In this document: piece after piece, positions 11,707 through 20,552 of the stretch
Layout of the letters: every line of letters begins with the position of its first letter
Position numbering within the stretch: position 1 is the stretch's first letter
Assembly (NCBI GenBank): GCA_051453625.1
Contig: JBOZIK010000001.1
Location: 41,883,798 to 41,939,894 of the forward strand
Source of the DNA: Welwitschia mirabilis
Lineage: Eukaryota
Reading direction: 5' to 3'
DNA length: 56,097 nucleotides
Translations under genes and position numbers: made by a program
Notes under the pieces: generated by a model
What the model was told of the DNA's origin: nothing
The model's input: the letters and a program-made list of their open reading frames with translations, nothing else
Databases searched by the model: none

Positions 11707-14700
11707 CTATTGATGTTTATCTCCAGTTACAGCCTTAGTCAAGAAATCTACAAGATTCGCCTGTGTATGGGTCTTGTGAACATCCAACTTCTTCTCCTCC
11801 AATGCTTTGTTGATAAAGTGGTACCTAACATCAATGTGCTTCATCGAAGCATGGTAAGCAACATTCTTTGCCAAATGAATGCAACTCTGACTATCACAAT
11901 AAATCACATATTGCTATTGTTTTAATTCAAATGAGTCAAGTAAACATCTTAGCCAGATCATTTCTTTAGTTGTCATAGCTATGAACTTTGCTTCTGTAGT
12001 CGATAAAGCTATGTCTCTTTGCAAACGAGACATGCAACTAATAGGACCACCTCCCATCAAGAAAATATACCTAGTAGTGAACTTTCTTGAATCTTTACAC
12101 TAAGCATAATTAGCATCCACATAATGAACATCCAATTTAGTATGACCAAAACTCAGGCAAAAATTTTATGTGTTTTTTAGATAGCGTAAGACCTATTTTA
12201 CAACTTTCCAATCCTTCGGGTCAAGGTTGCTCATGAAACGTGAGACAACTCCCACTTCTAGTCTTGTGCAAATCATAGCATACATCAAGCTTCTAACAGC
12301 CGAAGCATAAGGAACCGCTTCCATTCTTTTCTGTTCTTCTTCTGTTTTTGGGCAATCCTCCAAAGACAATTGAAAGTGACTTGCTAACGGTGTTTCAACC
12401 GGTTTACAATCAGTTATGTTAAAGCGCTGTAATACTTTGCCAATGTAATCAAACTGACTAAGCCACTGTTTTCCACATCATCTGTCCCTAGAAATTTTCA
12501 TTCCAAGAATTTGTTTTGCAGGACACAAGTTCTTGGTTGCAAAGTGTTTCCCCATCTCCTTTTTTAGCCTCTTGATTTCCTGTATGTTATTTCTAGCGAC
12601 AAGCATATCATCAACATATAACAGTAAAATAACAATCTTACTAGAAGCCTATCTACGGAGACAAATACAATGATCTACATCACTTCTACATGAAGCTGTC
12701 AAATTTCTTATACCATTGCCTCGGTGCCTGTTTCAAACCATACAAACTTTTGTTCAACTGATAAGCTAAGCCCTTTTCCTTGGCTTCAAAACCTTCAGGC
12801 AATTTCATATAGATCTCTTCTTCAAGATCACTATGTAGAAAAGCAATCTTAATATCCAACTACTCTAATTCCAAATTCAAGACAGCAATAATGGACAAGA
12901 TAACACAAATAGAAAAATGCCCCATCACTGAAGGAAAAAGTTCAGTAAAATCAATATCTGGTTTTTGCCCAAAACCTTTTACAACCATCTTTCCTTGTAA
13001 CGCCGCTTTCCATTTGCCTCTTCATTTATTCTGAAGACCCATTTGTTGGATAAGGCATGCTTTCCAGCTGGCAAGGGAACGTCATATATCATTATGCCTT
13101 AAAACATCCAACTCTTCTTTCATTGCAACATTCCACTTCTCTGAGTTAGGTAAAGAGACAACTTCTTGATATGTTTCAGGTTCTCCTTTATCTATGTACA
13201 GAACATAATGCAATGATGGAGAATACCTAACAGGTGCTCTATTGGGATGAGTAGACCTTCTTACTCAATGTGTAGGAGGATGAGGCTCTTCTTCATCATC
13301 ACCTTTTGAAAGATCAGGTTGTTGCAGTTCAGGTGGATTGTCTTCATCTTTATCATCCTTATCATTAGGAGGATTACTCGCTTGACCGTCATCCTTGTGA
13401 TCTGGAATTTTAAAAATCTTTTGCAAAGTGCTAGAGCCAGGAGCTCCATCCTTTCTCTTCAAGTGACTTGTTAAATATTTGTCGTTCACAGAAGACCACA
13501 TCACATGATCTGATCACCTTCTTTTCTAGTGGATCTCATCATCTATAACCAAGATTGTCTTCTCCATAATCTAGAAAAACGCACCTTGTGTGTACGTCCA
13601 TCTAGTATTCATGTGTTTCTGTTGGTGCACATATACTTCACAGCCAAACACATTCAAGTTAGAGAAAGATAGCTTCCCCCCACTCCACAAGGACTTTGGT
13701 ATTCCTCCTTGAAGTGTTGAATGGGGTGACCTATTTATAAAATATGCAGTTGTGTTGGCTGCTTTAGCGCAAAGATGTTTTGGAACTCCAGATTGTTGCA
13801 ACAATGAACACAACCTTTCTAAAATAGTCTTGTTGTATCTTTCAGCCACTCCATTGTTTTGTGGTATATATAGAGGTGTCTTTGTGTGGACAATTCCATT
13901 ATCTCAGCAAAACATCCCAAATTCACGAGAGGTGTATTCACCTCTATAATGTATCACCAAGCATTTAATTTTATAGCTTGATTCATTTTCAACTCTTGCC
14001 TTAAATTGCTTGAAAACATCAAAGACACTTGTCTTTTGAGGGAATCGAAAATAGCCAATTTTTTCGACTAAAATCATCAATAAACGTAATAAAATAAGAT
14101 GCTTAACCAAAGTATGTTGCTAGCATAGACTCAACAACATCGGAATAAACCAAATCTAATTTTTACTCCTTTCATTTTCAGAAACAAACTTTTTGAAGTT
14201 CACATGTTTTGCTTTTGTAATAGCACAATCCTTACAGAAATCTACAGAAATAGAGTTAAACTTTGGAAGTAAGTTTTTAGAACTAAGAACCTTCATGCCT
14301 GTTTCACCAAGATGTTCAAGTCTCTTATGCCAAAGAGACACGTCCTTATTACTAGCAACCGCACAATTGTGCTTCACCACATTAGCATGCAAAGTGTAAA
14401 GGGTCCCTACTTTCTGTCCTTGTGCCAGAACTATAGCACCTTTCGTTATCTTCCAGCTACCTGTGCCAAAGAAAATTGAATAGCCAACAACATCTAATTG
14501 ACCTATTTAAAGTAAATTTTTTGTAAGTTGAGGCCCATGTCTAACATCCTGAAGAAGTAGCTTTCTGCCATCACTTTCTTGCAACATTACAGACCCGATT
14601 TCTTTGATCTCATAGCATCAATCATCCTGCATATAAACATCCTTCTATGAAACTTTGTTATATGAAGAAAACATGGAAATATCTGACAGATATAAAAAGA

Positions 14701-15690
14701 AGCACCAGAATCTAGAATCCAAATATCAGGGCAAGAGTATTAGGAAATGTTTACCTCTTGGGCATTTGCAATCAACACAACTTCAACATCTTCTTTTTCA
14801 TTCATCCCGTCTTCTCCTTCCTGGTTTTGCTGGGTTTCTCCTTTCTTCTGTTTGCATTTGTTTTTAAGTCTATAGTAGTTCATTTGGTTTTTTAGTCTTT
14901 AGCAGTCCTTTAGTAAATGTCCCTTCTTTTTGCGATGCCAACATTCAATGCTTCTATTGACGGATCTTACTCTGCTCTTGCTTTGTCAACGTCCTCCTCT
15001 TCTAGTCTGAGAACGTCCTATATGAACAGCAAGGGCTTCTCCAATAGACTTAACAACCTTAGTCTTATATACATCCACAAGCTTTGAAATGACAGTATTC
15101 AGGTGTGATAGAGTATCTAAGGCAGTCATCAGGGTAGTGTGAATAATCTCCCAAGAATTAAGCAAGGAACTGAGAACTGCAATTACCCTTAGGCTTTCTT
15201 CAAACATTACCCTTAGTTCATCCAATTGTGTGAACAACCCATTCATCTTGTCCAAGTGTGCTTACAACAAGTCGATGTTTTGAAAAATAAAAGAAAATGC
15301 TTCACCTTCTTTCATCTTCATTTTGAATACCGTGTTGACAATATAGAATTGATTCATGCTGCTGGGCTGATCATATCGTTGCATTAGAATCTGCCATAGT
15401 TTTGCTATTGTAGAAATCTTGCTATGGGATTGAAGAATCTCGTTGCCCAGGCACAACCGAATCAGCAAAAAAGCGCCATTTTGTCGTGTTTCTTCTATTC
15501 TTTATCAGAGTACTTCTTCAGTTATTCTGCATCAGAGAGCCTAGATGTTGCCTTCGCAACTGCTTTCGTCTTTGGGACAATGTCACATTCCTTCTGGCAA
15601 AGGATATCTTCCATCAGAATTTTCCATACACCCTAGTTCTCAGCACATTGTACAGCTGTACGGACTGATTGTACAGATGCTAAACGCGTT
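11707..15690 (-). pseudogene. Copia gag-pol pseudogene
   Basis: gag WKILMEDILCQK; damaged zinc knuckle ECWHRKKKGHLLKDC; GAG-pre-integrase LWHKRLEHLGE; integrase AERYNKTILE..AANTTAYFINRSP; RT VILLLYVDDML (12602-12633) and VPYASAV; RNase H IYCDSQSCIHLAKN..YHASMKHIDVRYHFI; many stops and frameshifts. Confidence 0.93.
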
Positions 15691-15710
15691 GTGCAAACAC
15701 GAAGCTTATT

Positions 15711-15722
15711 GCTCTGATACCA
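15711..15722 (-). promoter_or_regulatory. Primer binding site (tRNA-iMet)
   Basis: GCTCTGATACCA on + = TGGTATCAGAGC. Confidence 0.95.
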
Positions 15723-15724
15723 AG

Positions 15725-16179
15725 TGTTACAAAAATACGCAATAGCCAAGCGATTAAACACTGTAGGAAGAGAAAACAAAGACAATGAATTACGTGGAAA
15801 ACCCCAATGAGGGGAAAAATCACGGGGAAGCAATGCAGAGCTCTATTATCTTTCTCAGAAGTTACAAGCCACAAATTAGGCTTCAAGCCAATGACAGGCT
15901 TCAGGCAAGGTTGCCTCCCCGCTCTATATCAACACTCTATTCAAACAACCCTCACATTAGCATTAAATAGGCCAAGGGTTACAAACAATTAAGGCTACAA
16001 GCCAATGCCCTAAAGAAGGTATCATCCTTTTTTTGACACATGTCCCTTTTTTACCTAACACCCCCAAAAGCACGGTTTTATAAGACAACCTCTTTTTACA
16101 ATACTAAAATGGGGCCAGCATAAAAAAACGTAATGTTAGGGACATTACAAAGGAATAAATTTGGTTTCACACATCAACA
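15725..16179 (-). repeat. 5' LTR of the copia element
   Basis: TG...CA termini (TGTTAC...CATCAACA on +), 2 nt from the PBS. Confidence 0.95.
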
Positions 16180-16249
16180 GTAATACAAGTTTATAATGGG
16201 ATCTGGAGAGGCCATGGTTAAATGGCAACTCTCCATAATTCCCTTTGAT

Positions 16250-16840
16250 ACCATTGTATAGAAAATAACAGGCAACACTTCATTAAAACAAACTTAAAAA
16301 ACTTAACTTCAAAATTGATTGTGAGCAAAAATAATAACTTGAATCACAAGTTCTTAAATAACAAAGTGAAATTAAAACAAGAAATGAAGAAGGCCCCCAC
16401 CCAAAGCGAAACTAGGCCTAACGGTGAGGCAACATTTCATTATGTTTTTTTTCTCTTATTAAGTTTAAAATCAATTGTGAACAAAAATAATAGCTTGAAT
16501 CATAAGTTATTAAATGCCCAAGTGAAATTAAAACAAGAAATGAAGAAAGACCTCACCCCAAGCCAAATTGGGGCAAAAATTGAAGCAACATTTCATTGTG
16601 TTTTTGCTTTTATAAATTTTCTGATTCAACCAACCCATAACTAACTTACGACCAGCTCATGATAACCATCTTGTAACCTCCCTTCCTAGCCATATCTTGT
16701 AACCTCTTTTCCTAGCCACTCTTTAGGTGCATAATTACACTATTTACATATCATTTTAATTTCTATTCTTATTTTTAATTATTAATTTATGTCCTTTTAA
16801 AATATTAGCATTACTCATCGCAAAATAATCCAACCTATAA
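16250..16840. repeat. Dispersed direct repeat, copy 2, with an internal ~157-bp tandem duplication
   Basis: Matches 6620-7140; block ATTGTGA.CAAAAATAATA.CTTGAATCA...CAACATTTCATT occurs twice (~16318 and ~16475). Confidence 0.85.
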
Positions 16841-18219
16841 AGACTAAAACTTGTTAGAATTATAGCCATTGATGTCAAATTAGATTGATGATTAGGAAAA
16901 TGGATATCATGTTTTTGCGCTAATTGTGAGAGGATCTTTTTCACCCTATAGAGGAATTGGGGGTTTAATAGTGTCACTTAGAAAATCTAAATATTTTAGC
17001 TCGAAAACTAAAATGAAGAGTGCAAGTAAAAGAGCAAAGAAACAAGCAAACCAAAGATTTATAGTGGTTCGACTAAGGCCTACTTCACTCTTAGGAGGGA
17101 GCAAAATGCCTTTAGCACCTTGGTTCCTCTAACTCCACTTGTCTTTGCAGGTGCAAGCAGCCTTCTACAATCACCAATTGGGCTTCTTACCCTACAAGTA
17201 ATGCCTTGTCTGAAGCATCAATGAGACAGTCTTCTACAAAGCAATTGCAATAGATTCTGATACAGAAATGTGCCCAGATGCGCTTAATATGAGCTTGAAG
17301 GCTCAAATTTTTGATTCTTGAGGAGCATGACAGGGTGGAGTAGAATTACAAGCATCAAAGAAAGAAGAGCCAAAATTTTTGTGGAATGAAAAAAGGATAA
17401 CTAATTATGAATTTTGAGCTTTTATTTTCTTATGTGGTTCATGCCTTCAAGTAGCTATTAGGAAAACTTTGCATAGATCAAATCATCAGCTACAAATCAT
17501 CTTGTATGATTTCTAGTTGGTTGACAATCAAAACTTTGATTGATGATTGAAATAAAAACTAATTTATATATTGTGTCGTTAAAACAATCAACTTTTCTGC
17601 CAAAAAATTGCGCTTTATTAAAACCGAGATATCTCGTTCATTTTTCTTGGATGTCCGACTACCTATTTAGTGTCCTATATATTGGTGTAAGCATCTGGGA
17701 CATCCCACTAGGCAGGCTGAGATATCCCACATTACAGAGTTGTCTCAACGCTGAAGTGGGTGGCATTGGGAAATCCCACACAGGCATCTAGGACATCCTG
17801 ACACAAAACAATTGTGACAATGTGGATGCCAAGGCCTTGGAACTTGAATTTCAATCAGCTCATCATTGGAACATTCAATTTCACTAGTAATCTCCCCTTC
17901 ATCAATGAGGACAACCTCTAAGCTAGTCAAGGAAATGGGCTTTAAGCAATTTTACTATGCTTGCTGTGAAGTTATGCTCTTAATTCAGTGTGATGCATTC
18001 AAAAGATGCACATGCAATAGTTAACAATGTAATCTTAAGTGTGCAGATATATTTCCAACTACTGAAAGTTCTTTTGAGCAGTCACAAAAAAGTCATTATG
18101 GCACTATGGCAAAATACTGTTCCAAATAAGAGGGTTAGAAAGATATGTACATATTTATCTAGATTTGGGCTTTAAATAATTGTTTAAATAAAAGTTTAGC
18201 ATCCATTGAAATCACTATT

Positions 18220-18406
18220 TCTTTTTCTTTTTTTCCTTTTTTTCAGGGTAACAGTTAGCAGGTACGTATGTGCCACACAAATGCCTAGTGGCACTTGGGT
18301 CCATGTAATTTTTTAATTTATGCACCCCCACCAACATGGAGGTTTAAACTTGGACCTCGGGTTCAATATGTCCAAGACTTAACCATTGTGGCAATTGATC
18401 CTGGAC
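18220..18406 (-). mobile_element. tRNA-derived SINE
   Basis: TSD CCATTGAAATCACTATT (18203-18219) / CCAGTGAGATCACTATT (18407-18423), 15/17; minus-strand A-box-like TGCCACAATGG (18383-18393) and B-box-like AGTTTAAACC (18341-18350), 32 nt apart; A-rich tail (T-rich 18220-18243 on +). Confidence 0.82.
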
Positions 18407-19300
18407 CCAGTGAGATCACTATTAACAAATCCGCAACATGCTAGTATGCTAATATGCCAAAATTTCAATTTACAAAATTTCAATTTAAATTGTCCAACTA
18501 TTCTGCCCCTTTGTTAGCATTGAAAAAGAACTAAAGAAATTTGTGGACAATAGAAAGCATGTGTATTTAAATTAATATCTAAAAAGTACTTATGGTGGTA
18601 AAGGAGGAGCATCAAAAATTACATATAGCAGTGAAGCATGAACAATTATTAACAACAAAAATTACATATTGTCCTCCGTAAAAAGCTGAAAGAGCGCTCA
18701 ACAAAAAGAAGATGTAGCCATAGTATGTATCATGAGGAAACCTGGAAGAAGTCAAGAAAGACATCAAGGAGAGGATGGAGCCATAGAAGGAGGGTCATCA
18801 GGAGCTAGAGAAACAGCCTGGCTTGCATGTTCTTCTTCGTCTGAAGAATTTTGAATATAATATCCTTAAGCTTGAAGGCTAAACTTGATTATGTCAATTT
18901 TAGAATCAACCCTCTTGAGATGTTGCGAAATTTCGTTATTTGTGTGAGAGGTAGCATAAATCTATAAAGTGAGGTCTTTCATTTGCTAGGAATCTTGAAA
19001 TGTGTTCAGGTTAAAGACTTGTTTAATATGGAACCAGCAGTTATATCATATACTTGGCATAATTCGTCGTACTTAGTATACTCTAGCAGGTTCAACATTG
19101 GCACGAACAAACTCGCATGAGTGAGCCAACCATCGGCAAGAGCTGATCCATGTAACAACTTAATATGTAACATATAAGTATGTAATAGAATACGTAGTAA
19201 AACACATAACCTATCAAAATATAAGAGAAGCATAACACACAAATGAACTTTATAATTGTACACATAATATAACACATAGTAGAACATATAATATATGAAC

Positions 19301-19305
<5 letters not shown>

Positions 19306-19332
<27 letters not shown>
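19306..19332. repeat. (AC)n microsatellite
   Basis: Directly visible. Confidence 0.95.
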
Positions 19333-20471
19333 ATGTTAAGACTTACATGTGTCAATAAGGACAGTTTAAATCCTTTGAGAAAGGAAGTTAGAGAATAAGA
19401 CTTATATAAGTATTAAAACATAGAAGTTGACTTAAACAATACGCTTAATGAAACAAAACAAACCACCTAAAAAGTTAGAAAACAAACATAAGGACTCCTT
19501 GTTAAATCACAACAGAGCAAAAGTAAGCAACAAAAAACCTCTGGTTCGGCCCCTACGTCTGAGAAGCAACCTCTTCATCCCTGGCATTAAAACCAAGGAT
19601 GTCCAATCAAAGGGGAACAAGTAATCGTCACCCATCTAAACCTGGATCTCCAAAAAGACTTTGGCACTACCTTGTAAGTCATTTGATATGTCTCCATCTT
19701 CCACTTTAGGAGTTAAATACTGTTTCTTAGGAGAAGCTATAATTTCTCTTATGTTTGACATATTTCCTAGTTTGCACATTCGAGAATACATTTTTCCAAC
19801 CTTGTTCTTTAACATTTCAACCCTTATCACATCCCTAATTCAGTTTATATGTGCTAGGGAACCTGAGAATATCACATCCATAGACTAATCATAGTTGATT
19901 TCTGTTAAGGGGCCATCTTAATGGAGATGGGGGGAATCTATTTTATCTCACTACACAGGCAATTTTTGATAGGTAGTGGTTGCTTGTGATTTTTAACTAT
20001 TATTGCTAGATTGCTGATTAACTGTTCATCTGCTCAATGCATTTTACATAGGCTTTTTTGTATGTTTTTTTCAAGTTTAAAATTATAACCTTTCAAAATT
20101 TTGAAGTTGCCGTTATTTCACTGTGTTGCAAAGTCCTTAGGGCAATCATTTTTTGAAGGGTAATAGCTGTAGTGCGCTTTCTGTTTCTTTTCTTTTTATT
20201 GTTTTCTTTTTTTGTTTTTTTTGTTTTCAACATTTTTTTGGGTTGTTTTTTGTGTTTTTTTGGTACATTGCAGACATGGCCTGCTGTGGAAGGCTCAAAC
20301 CCTTATGTGGGGCATCAAGGTTTCAAATTTGATTGATGCACTCTGTAGCTTGAATTGTGTTGTTTAAACAAGATCACAATATAATTAGGTCTCAGTCTAT
20401 GAAGAGAGACTGTATTTGTCATGTAAATTCCCCTGCAGTTGGGATTCTTAATGATTCTGCATGTAATGCAG

Positions 20472-20552
20472 TTACATCCACCACCAGAAAAGGCTCTTTC
20501 ACTGATGCAGAGACTTGCAAGTGATCCAGGAATTGTGGCTATCATGAACAAA
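20472..20552 (+). CDS. WSS1B: WSS1B-like exon (WLM domain start)
   Basis: CAG acceptor ends 20471, GT donor at 20553; 81 nt, LHPPPEKALSLMQRLASDPGIVAIMNK. Confidence 0.9.

Larger units (their letters stand above)
10358..16179 (-). mobile_element. Structurally complete but inactivated Ty1/copia LTR retrotransposon (Tork/Tnt1-like)
   Basis: Two 455-bp LTRs; flanks GTAAC (10353-10357) and GTAAT (16180-16184) as a 4/5 TSD; PBS TGGTATCAGAGC (15711-15722, minus); PPT next to the left LTR; domain order gag-PR-INT-RT-RNaseH. Confidence 0.95.
16926..19900 (-). mobile_element. Truncated Sirevirus/Maximus-like copia element: 3' LTR (~16926-17889), PPT, 3' region with env-like ORF relic
   Basis: LTR-typical GAGG..TTGGGGGTTTAATAG and GATTTATAGTGGTTCG motifs on +; PPT-like ATCTCCCCTTCATCAATGAGGACAAC at ~17890; decayed minus-strand frame ending 18764; right end approximate. 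Confidence 0.6.

Noticed and set aside
16204..16235. Hairpin TGGAGAG-GCCAT...ATGGC-AA-CTCTCCA as a Helitron 3' end
   Set aside because: No CTRR terminus at the expected distance on either strand and no Rep/helicase trace
19006..19355. Cys/Val/Tyr-rich small membrane-like ORFs
   Set aside because: Translation of an (AC)n microsatellite and AT-rich low-complexity DNA; only 19006-19150 may belong to the env-like relic
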